A stretch of 64,000 bases of DNA from Candidatus Omnitrophota bacterium (GTDB lineage: Bacteria; Omnitrophota; Gorgyraeia; Gygaellales; Profunditerraquicolaceae), in contig JAUSED010000012.1 in the NCBI GenBank assembly GCA_030650425.1, forward strand, positions 64,905 through 128,904, read 5' to 3'. Positions 9,173-19,229 of the stretch are shown in pieces. Each line of letters starts with the position of its first letter. Positions within the stretch are counted from its first letter, which is position 1. The position numbers and the translations under genes were made by a program. The notes under the pieces were generated by a model. That model was not told the origin of the DNA, did no database searches, and worked only from the letters and a program-made list of their open reading frames with translations.

Positions 9173-10129
9173 ATGCCTTTAGAGCACTTTAAGATAACCG
9201 GTATCGCTGTTTTCCAAATTTTTATTCTGGCGGTAATAGGGTATTTGCTGGTGAAGAGGAAATTTTTAGGAGGAACAGGCCTGGACGCCATCAGCAATCT
9301 GGTGATGGAGGTTACTTTACCCGTCCTTATCTTCTGCCAGCTAATTAAGGATTTCTCTTTCCAAGCTTATCCAAACTGGTGGATTTTTCCTCTTTTAAGT
9401 ATACTTATTACGGCCATAGGTTTGGCGCTAGGATTTCTCTTTTCGTTTTTGGTCAAGGGCGAGCTGCATAAATTGCAGTTTATCAGCTTGGTGGGTTTTC
9501 AGAATTCAGGATACCTCCCTTTGGCTTTGGCAGCGGCTTTACTCTCAGGAGAGCAGCTTAGCGCGATGTTTATCTATTTGTTTTTGTTTCTTACCGGTTT
9601 TAACTTAGTGATGTTTTCCGTCGGTACGCACATCCTGAATTTTCACAAAGAAAGGAAATTTGACTGGTCGAACCTTTTGAGCGCGCCGGTTGTGGTTACC
9701 TTAGTTAGTTTAATCATCATCCTTTTGGGTTGGAATAAATTTGTGCCGGATACAATGATCAAGCCGTTACGGATGTTAGGGGATAGCACGCTTCCTTTAG
9801 CTATGTTGGTAGTCGGTGGGAATCTGGCTGAAATAAGCCTGAAGGCCATTGACAAGAAGGCGATATCGCTTTTAATTTTAGCCAAGATGATTATTCTTCC
9901 CGCGCTAGGCGTGCTGTTAATTATTCCTTTGGGAATCCCGAAATTAATCGGTTTACTCATGCTTATCCAATTGGCCGCGCCTTCGGCAGTGACCTCATCG
10001 GTAATCCTGAGGAATTACAAAAAAGAGGATCTTTTGGTTAGTCAGGGGATACTGCTTACGCATATTGCCAGCATTATTACGATTCCCCTATTTTTAATTA
10101 TATATTTTAGCCAAACTATGCTAAAATGA
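9173..10129 (+). CDS. AEC (auxin efflux carrier) family membrane transporter
   Basis: 318 aa, ~10 TM segments with two-half topology. Confidence 0.6.
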   Translation: MPLEHFKITGIAVFQIFILAVIGYLLVKRKFLGGTGLDAISNLVMEVTLPVLIFCQLIKDFSFQAYPNWWIFPLLSILITAIGLALGFLFSFLVKGELHKLQFISLVGFQNSGYLPLALAAALLSGEQLSAMFIYLFLFLTGFNLVMFSVGTHILNFHKERKFDWSNLLSAPVVVTLVSLIIILLGWNKFVPDTMIKPLRMLGDSTLPLAMLVVGGNLAEISLKAIDKKAISLLILAKMIILPALGVLLIIPLGIPKLIGLLMLIQLAAPSAVTSSVILRNYKKEDLLVSQGILLTHIASIITIPLFLIIYFSQTMLK

Positions 10130-10581
10130 GTAAAATTGTCGCCTCTAACCATAAAGGATACCGGGATTATAGCGTTATCGAGAGTTTTGAGTGCGGCATT
10201 GAACTAAAAGGAAGCGAAGTAAAGTCCATCAGGCAGGCTAAAGTTACTTTGAATGACAGCTTTGCCCGCATTGAAGAAGGCGAGCTGTTTTTATATAACA
10301 CGCATATAAGTCCTTATGCTGAAGCTAGTTATATGAATGTCGAGCCAACGCGAAAACGCAGGCTCCTTTTGCATAAGAATCAGATTGAGAAGTTAGAGGG
10401 TAAGTTGACCCAAAAAAGCCTTACCCTCATTCCCCTAAAAGTGTATTTTAATGACCGGGGATTCGTAAAGGTTGAATTGGCTCTTTGTAAAGGAAAGAAG
10501 CTCTACGATAAAAGAGATGATATTAAGCGGCGCGAAACGGATTTACAGATGCGCCGGATGATGAAGAACATAAGAAAATAG
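10126..10581 (+). CDS. smpB: SsrA-binding protein
   Basis: 151 aa; conserved SmpB motifs (…NRKARHDYxI-like start, KRRLLLHKNQI, and a basic C-tail). Confidence 0.9.
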   Translation: MSKIVASNHKGYRDYSVIESFECGIELKGSEVKSIRQAKVTLNDSFARIEEGELFLYNTHISPYAEASYMNVEPTRKRRLLLHKNQIEKLEGKLTQKSLTLIPLKVYFNDRGFVKVELALCKGKKLYDKRDDIKRRETDLQMRRMMKNIRK

Positions 10582-11004
10582 GGGGTGAATTGGGCTCGAC
10601 TTAGGCCGTCGGGTAAGAGCAGCATGTCGCGGACGCATGGTTAGCCGCGTTAAAAACCCGTGCACAATACAAACGCAAACACAAAAAACCGTTTGTTAAA
10701 TAACGTTCAGCCAGTAATGGCAACTCCAGTAATGGGGATGCCGTTATTTGCTGGCGTTATGCCAGTCTTCGGTAACTAAATTACCGAAGCCTCTATCCAT
10801 CCAGCCTACGGGATGAAATAGAGACTTAGTAGGATAGTCCCGCGTAATTTGCCTTTGTAGGCGGGATGAAGCTTTTAAAGGCTGCGGTTTGCAAATCCTG
10901 CCTTGCGGGAGTTGCAAGCGTAAGCGTAAAACACAGGGCTAAACATGTAGCGGCTTTTATTCGGTTGTTTAAGGACGCCGGTTCGATTCCGGCCACCTCC
11001 ACCA
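10581..11004 (+). ncRNA. ssrA: tmRNA (transfer-messenger RNA), one-piece
   Basis: 5' end GGGGGUGAAUUGGGCUCGAC pairs with the 3' CACCUCC-ACCA, including the G3:U wobble alanine identity element. The T-arm is GCCGGUUCGAUUCCGGC. A long P2 helix pairs ~10605–10620 with ~10953–10968. PK1 stems: CGCGG (10628–32) with CCGCG (10645–49), and GCAUGG (10635–40) with CCGUGC (10658–63). It lies immediately 3' of smpB. Confidence 0.9.
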
Positions 11005-11101
11005 AAATTTTCCGACAAGGAAAATTTTGGTGGATACTCAAGCGAGCGTTAAAAACCGCGTCAAGCGGTTTAGCGAGCGGAGTATCTTTAAATCAAAATC
11101 T

Positions 11102-12220
11102 ATGAAAATCAAAAACCAGATAATTTTTGTATTAATTGCTTGCGTAATTATTATTTCATTATCGGGCTGCGCCACCGTACCGTTAAAACAAGCCTTTCCC
11201 ACTTATAGCCTCAACGGCGTAACTTATTATCCGCTCATTCCGCTTTGCGAGACAAAAGGAATAAATTGGCAGTATGATACGTTTACCAAGATCGCCGTTT
11301 TAAATAAAGGGGGGCATAGGATAAATTTAAAGGTTGGTGATGATTTGGTTTTGGTTGACCAGAGGGCGATTCTGCTTAATCACCCCGTAGATCTTTACGA
11401 GGGAGCGCCGGTTGTGCCGGCTAAATTCAAAGAGCAGGTTATCGATACCTTGTTCCGGGAAGAAAAAATATCCCCCAAAAAAGCAATCGTCTTTTCTATC
11501 TCCAGAAAGATTAAAAAGGTAGTGGTTGATGCCGGGCATGGGGGTAATGACCCCGGCGCGATAGGCAGGACAGGCCTGAGGGAAAAGGATGTTAATTTAG
11601 ATATTGCTAAAAGATTGGCCGCGCTTTTGAAGTCGGAAGGGGTGAATGTAGTAATGACGCGGAGCGTCGACAAGTTTATTCCTTTGGGTACGCGGGTACA
11701 GATTACCAATAGCTCAAAAGCGGATCTTTTCATGAGCATACATTCCAACGCTAATCACGCCAAGAGTGTAAATGGGTTTGAAGTTTATTATGTTGCCTCG
11801 AGTTTAAATGATGCCAAGCGCGCGCTTTTTGCCGCCCGCAACGCCAGCCTTAATCTGGATGACGCTTCGTTTGCCAGTAATTCCGTTAATTTGAAAGCTA
11901 TGCTTTGGGATATGATTTATACTTATGATCGCGCGGAGTCAATACAGTTGGCCAAAAATATCTGTAAATCCGTAGGGAGTAATATGGATGTCAGGGTAAT
12001 CGGGGTAAAAGACGCCCGCTACGCAGTCTTGCGCGGCTCAAGGATTCCGGCAGTATTGATCGAAACCGGGTTTGTTTCTAATTACAACGAAGAACGGATG
12101 CTGAAAAACGGTTTTTACCGTCAGAAAATCGCGGAGAGCATAATGGAAGGGATAAGCGATTATGCTCAGGAATTGATCTTAGCGGAGGTTGCTCAAAATG
12201 AGGCCCATAGGAGTTTTTGA
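11102..12220 (+). CDS. N-acetylmuramoyl-L-alanine amidase (Amidase_3, AmiC-like) lipoprotein
   Basis: Lipobox LSGCAT after the ATG at 11102 (the longer ORF from 11027 is probably an artefact). Amidase_3 motifs VVVDAGHGGNDPGA and FMSIHSNA. Confidence 0.85.
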   Translation: MKIKNQIIFVLIACVIIISLSGCATVPLKQAFPTYSLNGVTYYPLIPLCETKGINWQYDTFTKIAVLNKGGHRINLKVGDDLVLVDQRAILLNHPVDLYEGAPVVPAKFKEQVIDTLFREEKISPKKAIVFSISRKIKKVVVDAGHGGNDPGAIGRTGLREKDVNLDIAKRLAALLKSEGVNVVMTRSVDKFIPLGTRVQITNSSKADLFMSIHSNANHAKSVNGFEVYYVASSLNDAKRALFAARNASLNLDDASFASNSVNLKAMLWDMIYTYDRAESIQLAKNICKSVGSNMDVRVIGVKDARYAVLRGSRIPAVLIETGFVSNYNEERMLKNGFYRQKIAESIMEGISDYAQELILAEVAQNEAHRSF

Positions 12221-12989
12221 TTCCGGAGTAGGAGGATTGACTGTGGTCAAAGAATTAATCCGCCAGCTCCCTAATGAGAATATAGTTTATTTCGGCGATA
12301 CTGCCCGCGTTCCTTACGGGATTAAGTCTAAAGAAACGGTAATTCGTTTCTCCATTGAAAATATTCTTTTTCTGCTTAAGCATGATGTTAAATTTATTTG
12401 TGTCGCCTGTAATACTGTATCCAGCTTCGCGTTGCCGGAGATTAAGCATCATTTTCGGGTTCCTATCGTGGGCGTGATTACGCCCGGCGCAAGAGAAGCG
12501 GTCTATGCCACGCGGAATAAGCGGGTCGGCGTTATCGGTACCAAAGGAACGATTAAGAGCCGCGCTTATGAGAATGAAATTCGGCAGTTTGACCCCGCAG
12601 TAAAAGTTACGGCGATTGCCTGTCCTTTGTTTGTTCCTTTTGTCGAGGAGGGTTGGTTAGGCGGCGAGGTAGTCACAAGCGTGGTCAGGTATTATTTAAA
12701 GCCGCTGAAAGAGGCGGGAGTGGATACGCTTATTTTAGGGTGCACGCATTATCCATTGCTTAAATCCGTAATCCAAGAAGTGATGGGGAAGAAGGTTACT
12801 TTGATTGATTCAGCCAAACAAGTCGCCGTTGAAGTACAGGAGATCCTTTCCAACGAAGGGCTTTTGAATAAAAAAGGGAAGGCTAGGCATGAGTTTTTCG
12901 TCAGCGATAATCCTGAATGGTTTAGTAATCTGGCGCGGAGGTTTTTAGGCCGGCCATTAAGGAATGTAAAGAAGGTGACTAATGTATAA
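12189..12989 (+). CDS. murI: Glutamate racemase
   Basis: N-terminus IGVFDSGVGGLTV; catalytic Cys motifs CNTVS and GCTHYP. Confidence 0.9.
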   Translation: MLKMRPIGVFDSGVGGLTVVKELIRQLPNENIVYFGDTARVPYGIKSKETVIRFSIENILFLLKHDVKFICVACNTVSSFALPEIKHHFRVPIVGVITPGAREAVYATRNKRVGVIGTKGTIKSRAYENEIRQFDPAVKVTAIACPLFVPFVEEGWLGGEVVTSVVRYYLKPLKEAGVDTLILGCTHYPLLKSVIQEVMGKKVTLIDSAKQVAVEVQEILSNEGLLNKKGKARHEFFVSDNPEWFSNLARRFLGRPLRNVKKVTNV

Positions 12990-13341
12990 AATAAAAATAG
13001 AGGGAGATTTCAGTTCGGCGCATAACCTAAGGGGATATAAGGGTAAATGCGAAGAGTTGCACGGCCATAACTGGAAGGTGGAGCTTGCGGTAACTAGCCC
13101 CAAGCTGGATAAGATCGGCATGGTGATGGATTTCAAATTTTTAAAAGAAAAACTATACAACCTTTTAGATAAATTAGACCATAAATATTTAAACGAGATC
13201 GATTATTTTAAGAAGATAAATCCAACTTCCGAAAATATCGCCAAATATCTATACGATAATCTCAAATTAAAAGTTCCCGGCCTTTATTCCGTGACGGTTT
13301 GGGAATCGGATAAAGCCAGCGCCACTTATTATGTTAAATAA
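12982..13341 (+). CDS. queD: 6-carboxy-5,6,7,8-tetrahydropterin synthase
   Basis: 119 aa; zinc-binding CEELHGHNW motif. Confidence 0.9.
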   Translation: MYKIKIEGDFSSAHNLRGYKGKCEELHGHNWKVELAVTSPKLDKIGMVMDFKFLKEKLYNLLDKLDHKYLNEIDYFKKINPTSENIAKYLYDNLKLKVPGLYSVTVWESDKASATYYVK

Positions 13342-13990
13342 GAAGGCAGTTGTTCTTTTATCCGGCGGGCTTGATTCAGCCGTAACTTTATATTTTGCCA
13401 GGAGTAAAGGATTTGATTGTCATTGTCTTGCCTTTGATTACGGCCAGCGCCACCATCGGGAATTACAGGCCGCGCAAAAGATTTCCCGATTAACAGATTC
13501 TCCGTTAAAAATCATTAAAATTGTTCTACCATGGGGAGGTTCTGCTCTTTTAGATGATAAAATAAAATTACCAAGTTCTAAACACCCATCGTCCAGGGTC
13601 ATTCCTTCAACTTATGTGCCGGGCCGCAACATTATTTTTTTAAGCTTTGCTCTTTCTTTTGCTGAGGCAATCGGCGCCAGGGGGATATTCATCGGGGCTC
13701 ACGCTCAGGACTATTCAGGATATCCTGATTGCCGGCCGGAGTTCTACCGCGCGTTTAAAAAAGTAATTTCAACCGGAACAAAGGCAGGAGTGCAACATAA
13801 AGGAATTGAAATTACAACGCCGCTAATTAATAAGACAAAGGCTGAAATTATCAGGTTGGGAAATAAGTTGGGAGTACCATTTGAGTTGACTTGGTCTTGC
13901 TATCAAGGCGGAAAGAAACCTTGCGGCAGATGCGACAGCTGCTATTTTAGGAATAAGGGATTTAGGGAGGCGGGAATAGCACAAAAATGA
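13331..13990 (+). CDS. queC: 7-cyano-7-deazaguanine synthase
   Basis: PP-loop LLSGGLDS and C-terminal Zn cysteines CGRCDSC. Confidence 0.9.
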   Translation: MLNKKAVVLLSGGLDSAVTLYFARSKGFDCHCLAFDYGQRHHRELQAAQKISRLTDSPLKIIKIVLPWGGSALLDDKIKLPSSKHPSSRVIPSTYVPGRNIIFLSFALSFAEAIGARGIFIGAHAQDYSGYPDCRPEFYRAFKKVISTGTKAGVQHKGIEITTPLINKTKAEIIRLGNKLGVPFELTWSCYQGGKKPCGRCDSCYFRNKGFREAGIAQK

Positions 13991-14658
13991 GGGGAAGAAT
14001 AGCGGAAGTTTTCGATAGCATTCAGGGTGAGGGTCTTTATCTGGGGGAGAAACAGATCTTCGTGCGTTTCTACGGCTGTAACCTCGAGTGTAAATTTTGC
14101 GATACCAAACTAAAAAGTTTTATGGAATACGAGCCCGATGAATTATTCCAAGAGCTTAAATTATATCAGGACAGTTATCATTCAGTTTCATTTACCGGAG
14201 GAGAGCCGCTTTCGCAGAAAGATTTCCTAAAAGAGATGCTCAAGCTCACCCGTAAAGATAATTTTAGGAATTATCTCGAGACCAACGGAGTACTCCACGA
14301 AGAATTAAAAGAAGTCATAGATTACGTGGATATAGTGGCGATGGACCTGAAATTACCCAGTTCAACCGGCTTAGGTGATTTTTGGGAGGAGCATCGCCTA
14401 TTTTTAAAGATTGCTTCCAAGCGCGAGGTTTTTTTAAAGGTGGTAATCTGCAGCCAGAGCAAGGAAGAAGATTTAAAAAAAGCCTTAAGGCTGGTCCGTG
14501 AAACCGCGCCGGAAGCGGTTTTAGTCTTACAGCCGGATAGCAGTGTGGATAAGGTATATCTGCACGACAAATTACATACTTTTAAGGAGCTCTGTAAAAA
14601 AGAAAGAGTCACTGCTTGTTTGGTAGAGCAAATCCATAAAGTGATAGGAGTTAGATGA
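13987..14658 (+). CDS. queE: 7-carboxy-7-deazaguanine synthase (radical SAM)
   Basis: CNLECKFCDT cluster motif near the N-terminus; 223 aa. Confidence 0.9.
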   Translation: MRGRIAEVFDSIQGEGLYLGEKQIFVRFYGCNLECKFCDTKLKSFMEYEPDELFQELKLYQDSYHSVSFTGGEPLSQKDFLKEMLKLTRKDNFRNYLETNGVLHEELKEVIDYVDIVAMDLKLPSSTGLGDFWEEHRLFLKIASKREVFLKVVICSQSKEEDLKKALRLVRETAPEAVLVLQPDSSVDKVYLHDKLHTFKELCKKERVTACLVEQIHKVIGVR

Positions 14659-15086
14659 GAAGACAGAAGACTGAAGACAGAAGACAGAGATTTTCAACGT
14701 ATGAGGGGCTGCAAAAAAATATCAGGAATCTCAAGACTCCTGAAATTGAAGTCTGGAAGAATCAGTATCCGGATAAGGACTATACGATTGTTTTGGATAT
14801 TCCGGAATTTACTTGTATCTGCCCGAAGACAGGATTACCGGATTTCGCCACCATAAAAATAGAATATTTACCGGCGGCGTATTGCGTAGAACTTAAGTCT
14901 TTTAAGTTGTACACCATATTTTATCGGAAGATCGGCATATTTCATGAGCATCTGACGAATAAAATCTTGGATGATTTTGTGAAGGCCTCTGGGCCGCGTT
15001 GGGCCAAGATTACCAGCCAGTTTAATCCCCGCGGTGGAATTATAACTACAGTGATCAGGGAATATAAAGATGATCAAGACAATTAA
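14655..15086 (+). CDS. queF: NADPH-dependent 7-cyano-7-deazaguanine reductase
   Basis: Catalytic Cys motif CPKTGLPDFATIKIEYLP. The true start may lie downstream of the annotated M. Confidence 0.85.
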   Translation: MRRQKTEDRRQRFSTYEGLQKNIRNLKTPEIEVWKNQYPDKDYTIVLDIPEFTCICPKTGLPDFATIKIEYLPAAYCVELKSFKLYTIFYRKIGIFHEHLTNKILDDFVKASGPRWAKITSQFNPRGGIITTVIREYKDDQDN

Positions 15087-15924
15087 AGCTGATAAGATTA
15101 CTCAGGTTGTGGCAGATTTATGCGTGAAGGCGAATTGCGTTCTAAGGAGCGATGTCTTGCGTAAGCTTAAAGCCGCGTACAAGCAGGAAAAAAATATCCG
15201 GGCCAAAAAAGCGCTGGAAGCAATTATCAAGAATGCCGGGATAGCCCAAAAAGAAAAATTAGCGATTTGTCAGGACACCGGCTTGCCGATTGTCTTCATT
15301 GAATTGGGGCAGGATGTGCGGATTATCGGCGATCTTAAAAAAGCAGTGATGAGAGGGATTGAGTTAGGCTATAAAAAAGGAAATTTTAGAGAATCGATTA
15401 TCCGCGATCCTCTTAAAAGAGGTAAGCCCTTGTATAAAGGAACGATTATCCACGCAGATATAGTCAGGGGGAGTAAATTAAAGATAACCGTTTTACCAAA
15501 GGGATTCGGCTGTGAAAATAAATCCCAGCTTAAAATGTTTAATCCTACTGCCAGCCTCGATGAAATAAAAAAGTTTGTGGTTGATGTTGTTAGGTCCAGC
15601 GGTCCGGATGCCTGTCCGCCATATGTAGTTGGCGTGGGAATAGGAGGGGCAGCGGATTACGCCGGATTTTTAGCTAAGAGAGCACTGCTTAAGGGAATAA
15701 ACAGTGGACATCAGAAGGGACTGTCCCCGAAGGGGACTGTCCCTGAACTTGAACGAGAATTATTATTTGAAATAAATAAGCTCCATATTGGCCCCATGGG
15801 TTTAGGTGGAAAAACAACAGCATTAGCCGTAAATATTGAAAACTATCCTACGCATATTGCGGGTCTGCCTGTCGCGGTGAATATAAACTGCCATGCCTTG
15901 CGCAGCGCGAGTGTCAGATTATGA
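15070..15924 (+). CDS. Fe-S hydro-lyase alpha subunit (class I fumarate hydratase / tartrate dehydratase family)
   Basis: ICQDTGLP cluster-binding motif; 284 aa; followed directly by a beta subunit. Confidence 0.8.
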   Translation: MIKTIKADKITQVVADLCVKANCVLRSDVLRKLKAAYKQEKNIRAKKALEAIIKNAGIAQKEKLAICQDTGLPIVFIELGQDVRIIGDLKKAVMRGIELGYKKGNFRESIIRDPLKRGKPLYKGTIIHADIVRGSKLKITVLPKGFGCENKSQLKMFNPTASLDEIKKFVVDVVRSSGPDACPPYVVGVGIGGAADYAGFLAKRALLKGINSGHQKGLSPKGTVPELERELLFEINKLHIGPMGLGGKTTALAVNIENYPTHIAGLPVAVNINCHALRSASVRL

Positions 15925-16442
15925 AAAAAATAACTACTCCTTTAAAAGAAGCAGATATTTTAAGCTTACGAATGGGCGATGAGGTTTTATTGAGCGGTGA
16001 AATCTATACTGCGCGCGATCAAGCGCACAAAAGGCTGGTTGAGGCAGTAAAAGGAAGAAAAAGGTTGCCCATAGATTTACGCAGCGCGATTATCTATTAC
16101 TGCGGCCCGGCCAAAACTCCTAAGGGAAAAATTATTGGTTCCTGCGGTCCGACCACAAGCCGGCGGATGGACATATTCACGCCTTTATTGCTCAAAAAAG
16201 GTTTAAAAGGAATGATTGGTAAGGGAACCCGTTCTAAAGAAGTAAGGCAGGCAATCAGAAAGTACAAAGCAGTATATTTTTTAGCTCCGGCTGGATGCGG
16301 AGCGCTTATTTCAAAATATGTCAAAGCCTTAAAAGTAATCGCCTATCAAGATTTAGGCCCGGAGAGTATAACGCGACTTAAAGTAAAAGATTTTCCGCTT
16401 ATCGTAGGGATAGACGCTAAAGGAGGTAGTATTTATGGTTAG
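15921..16442 (+). CDS. Fe-S hydro-lyase beta subunit (class I fumarate hydratase family)
   Basis: 173 aa, overlapping (translationally coupled) with the alpha subunit. Confidence 0.8.
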   Translation: MKKITTPLKEADILSLRMGDEVLLSGEIYTARDQAHKRLVEAVKGRKRLPIDLRSAIIYYCGPAKTPKGKIIGSCGPTTSRRMDIFTPLLLKKGLKGMIGKGTRSKEVRQAIRKYKAVYFLAPAGCGALISKYVKALKVIAYQDLGPESITRLKVKDFPLIVGIDAKGGSIYG

Positions 16443-17148
16443 ATTAGACGGACGAGGCAATGATAAAATCAGAAAAGTAAACATTACCCGTAATTATTTA
16501 AAATATCCGGAAGGTTCCTGTCTTATCGAGCTGGGGAATACCAAGCTTATCTGTACCGCGTCGGTGGAAGAGAGCGTTCCTCCGTTTTTAAAAGGAAGCG
16601 GGAGCGGATGGGTTACCGCTGAATATGGGATGCTTCCGCGCTCCTGCGACAGGCGCATACCGCGGGGGAAAGATTCCGGCCGGACCTATGAAATACAGCG
16701 GTTGGTGGGCAGGTCGCTGCGCACAGTTACGGATATGAAGTCTATGGGCGAACGCTCTATCTGGATTGATTGCGATGTGATTCAGGGAGACGGCGGCACG
16801 CGCACTGCCGCGATTACCGGGAGTTTTGTTGCTTTGGTTGATGCCTTAAGTAAATTGAAGAAATCCGGATTGATTAAAAACGTTCCGATTAGCGATTATG
16901 TTGCTGCTACTAGTATTGGAATCGTGAACGGTGAGATGCTTTTGGATTTATGTTACGAAGAGGATTCCAAAGCCGAAGTGGATATGAATATTGTGATGAC
17001 TGCCGCCGGCGAATTTATTGAGATTCAGGGGACAGCCGAGCGCAAGCCGTTTGCCAAAGAGAAAATGGATAAGATGCTGGTTCTGGCGCAAAAGGGGATC
17101 GAAGATTTATTCAGCGTTCAACGTAAGCTAGTTGGCGATATCTTATGA
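16435..17148 (+). CDS. rph: Ribonuclease PH
   Basis: [15 protein letters not shown]...[20 protein letters not shown]. Confidence 0.9.
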   Translation: MVRLDGRGNDKIRKVNITRNYLKYPEGSCLIELGNTKLICTASVEESVPPFLKGSGSGWVTAEYGMLPRSCDRRIPRGKDSGRTYEIQRLVGRSLRTVTDMKSMGERSIWIDCDVIQGDGGTRTAAITGSFVALVDALSKLKKSGLIKNVPISDYVAATSIGIVNGEMLLDLCYEEDSKAEVDMNIVMTAAGEFIEIQGTAERKPFAKEKMDKMLVLAQKGIEDLFSVQRKLVGDIL

Positions 17149-17747
17149 CAGAGTTGGTCGTTGCTACTAAAAATAAGAAGAAACTAAAAGAGATCAAAAT
17201 AATTCTTAAAGGTTTAAAGTTAAAAATAAGTTCTTTGTCAGATTATAATGATATTCCGCGTATCATTGAAAATGGAAAAACCTTTCGGGAGAATGCCGTA
17301 AAGAAAGCAGTTAAGGTTGCCCGGGCTAGCGGAAAGCTGGCCCTCGGAGAAGACTCCGGGCTTTGCGTTGAGGCGTTGAATGGCGCTCCCGGGATTTACT
17401 CGGCACGTTTTTCAGGGAAAGATAAGAGTGACGTTAAAAATAATTTAAAATTACTCAGGCTGCTCAAAGGCTTACCCTTAAGCGAAAGAAAAGCGCATTA
17501 TGTTTGCGCGGTTGCTTTGGCGGATAAAGATGGTTTGGTTGGAGTAGTTGAGGGCAAGTGTAATGGTATAATCGGGTTGGAATTAAAAGGCCGGCACGGC
17601 TTTGGTTATGATCCGTTGTTTGTTATCCCTAAATTCAAAAAAACCTTTGGCCAGTTAGATGAGCGCCTAAAGCACAAGATGAGCCATCGTTACCATGCTT
17701 TAGCAAAAACCAGAAACATTCTCAATAAATATATTGAGAAAGATTAA
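17145..17747 (+). CDS. rdgB: Non-canonical purine NTP pyrophosphatase (HAM1/RdgB)
   Basis: [14 protein letters not shown] start and the FGYDPLF motif. Confidence 0.9.
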   Translation: MTELVVATKNKKKLKEIKIILKGLKLKISSLSDYNDIPRIIENGKTFRENAVKKAVKVARASGKLALGEDSGLCVEALNGAPGIYSARFSGKDKSDVKNNLKLLRLLKGLPLSERKAHYVCAVALADKDGLVGVVEGKCNGIIGLELKGRHGFGYDPLFVIPKFKKTFGQLDERLKHKMSHRYHALAKTRNILNKYIEKD

Positions 17748-17770
17748 GCTATTGATATAATAAAATTTCA

Positions 17771-17845
17771 CGGGGGATGGCTCAGTTTGGCTAGAGCGCT
17801 TGCTTTGGGAGCAAGAGGTCGAGAGTTCAAATCTCTCTCCCCCGA
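17771..17845 (+). tRNA. tRNA-Pro (anticodon TGG)
   Basis: Cloverleaf parsed by hand: acceptor CGGGGGA/TCCCCCG, D-stem GCTC/GAGC, anticodon loop UUUGGGA, T-arm GAGAG-TTCAAAT-CTCTC. CCA is not encoded. Confidence 0.85.
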
Positions 17846-17850
17846 ATTAT

Positions 17851-17927
17851 GCGCCTGTAGCTCAAATGGATAGAGCACCTGCCTTCTAAGCAGGCGGTTG
17901 GCCGTTCGATTCGGCCCAGGCGCACCA
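17851..17927 (+). tRNA. tRNA-Arg (anticodon TCT)
   Basis: Acceptor GCGCCTG/CAGGCGC, anticodon stem CCTGC/GCAGG with loop CUUCUAA, T-arm GGCCG-TTCGATT-CGGCC, encoded CCA. Confidence 0.85.
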
Positions 17928-17935
17928 GTAAAATT

Positions 17936-19138
17936 ATGAATAAAGCGGAAAAAACCATAGGGTTAGTGATTATAGGTTTTGCCATCGCCTTTGGCTTAGT
18001 CTATATACTCTTAAGCCTGACCGGCGAGTCTATTATCACTAGCCAGATCGAGCAGCTGACCCACAAGAAAACAACGATTGGGCATTTTAACCTTAGCCCC
18101 GCGCTTAATCTGGAGATAAAAGACCTTAAGGTTGAAGGTTTGGCCAAGATAAAATCGATTTCTATCACGACAAACCTTCCTAGTTTATTCACCGGTAGAA
18201 CGGTCTTTAACAGCCTGAAGATTGTCTCTCCGGAATTTACCTTCGTTAAAGCGCCAGCCCCTGCTTCTATTGTAGGCGAGGTAAAGGCAAGTACAGATGT
18301 TATTTCTCCTGCTCCTGCCGGGCAAGTAGTTGTAGCTGTAAAGCCCAGAGCAATAAGGTTGATGCCGCTAGGTTTTCGCCGAATACGAATAGAAAATGGG
18401 GTGGTTAATTTTCTTGACCAGAGCATCAGCGCAGACGGAATAAAAATAGTCTTAAAAGACATAAGCTGTAAGATTTCCAACCTTTATTTTTACCCGCGCC
18501 CTATCGCTACCAGTTTTGAGCTGAAAGGCAAGATTCCGTGGAGAGAAGGGCAGGATGTCGGCCAGCTGAATATCGACGGATGGGTGAATTTATTTAAAAA
18601 GGATATGCAGGCGACTTTAAAGATCAAAGATATCGACGCGGTTTATTTGCATCCCTATTATTCTAACTGGGTGAATTTGGAGAAGGCGCGCATTGAAAAA
18701 GCCAAGCTTAATTTTACCACTGATATCATCGGGTTGAATAATAATGTCAGCGCCGAATGCCACTTGGAGTTGACCGATATGGTGCGTAAGCCGCTTGAGC
18801 CCGGGCAGGGTGAAGAGAAGGCATCTAAGATTACGGATAAAGTGCTGGATATGTTTAAAACCGTTGATCAGGGAAAGGTCGAACTTAATTTTACCCTGAA
18901 GACCAAGATGGATAGCCCGCAGTTTGGCTTTGGTGCCTTCAAGATGGCTTTTGAAGAGAAAATCTCAAAAGGCTTGGGCCTCTTAAGCCCTAAGCCGGAG
19001 AATATTCTGGCCTTACCGTTTAAGATTATGGAAAACGGGGTGAAGAGTTTTGCGGATTTAACCCGGGCAATGATTGACGGCGTCTTTGCCATCGGTAGAG
19101 AAATCGGCCACGCAGGTAAAGGCTCAACTCAAAAATAA
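17936..19138 (+). CDS. Hypothetical membrane-anchored protein (possibly AsmA/DUF748-like)
   Basis: N-terminal TM helix followed by a long periplasmic region. No diagnostic motif recognised. Confidence 0.4.
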   Translation: MNKAEKTIGLVIIGFAIAFGLVYILLSLTGESIITSQIEQLTHKKTTIGHFNLSPALNLEIKDLKVEGLAKIKSISITTNLPSLFTGRTVFNSLKIVSPEFTFVKAPAPASIVGEVKASTDVISPAPAGQVVVAVKPRAIRLMPLGFRRIRIENGVVNFLDQSISADGIKIVLKDISCKISNLYFYPRPIATSFELKGKIPWREGQDVGQLNIDGWVNLFKKDMQATLKIKDIDAVYLHPYYSNWVNLEKARIEKAKLNFTTDIIGLNNNVSAECHLELTDMVRKPLEPGQGEEKASKITDKVLDMFKTVDQGKVELNFTLKTKMDSPQFGFGAFKMAFEEKISKGLGLLSPKPENILALPFKIMENGVKSFADLTRAMIDGVFAIGREIGHAGKGSTQK

Positions 19139-19194
19139 TTAATAGCCATGGTTTTGGTTGGTTATGGCGTCAGATTGTGAACTGTTGCATTGTC

Positions 19195-19223
19195 TTGACA
19201 GGTAAAGAGTTCTTTGATATAAT
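19195..19223 (+). promoter_or_regulatory. Consensus sigma-70 promoter (TTGACA-17 nt-TATAAT) 6 nt upstream of the HNH gene ATG, implying a leaderless or near-leaderless transcript
   Basis: TTGACA 19195–19200, 17-nt spacer, TATAAT 19218–19223, ATG at 19230, no Shine-Dalgarno sequence. Confidence 0.5.
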
Positions 19224-19229
19224 TATTTT

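Noticed and set aside
11027-11101. N-terminal 25-codon extension of the amidase ORF
   Set aside because: The extension would start 23 nt after the tmRNA 3' end and precede a textbook lipoprotein signal beginning at the ATG 11102. The internal ATG is the likely start.
10826-11105. ORFs 10826–11041 (-) and 10866–11105 (+) from the six-frame track
   Set aside because: They lie inside the tmRNA gene (10581–11004). The tmRNA architecture explains the region, so they were not called.
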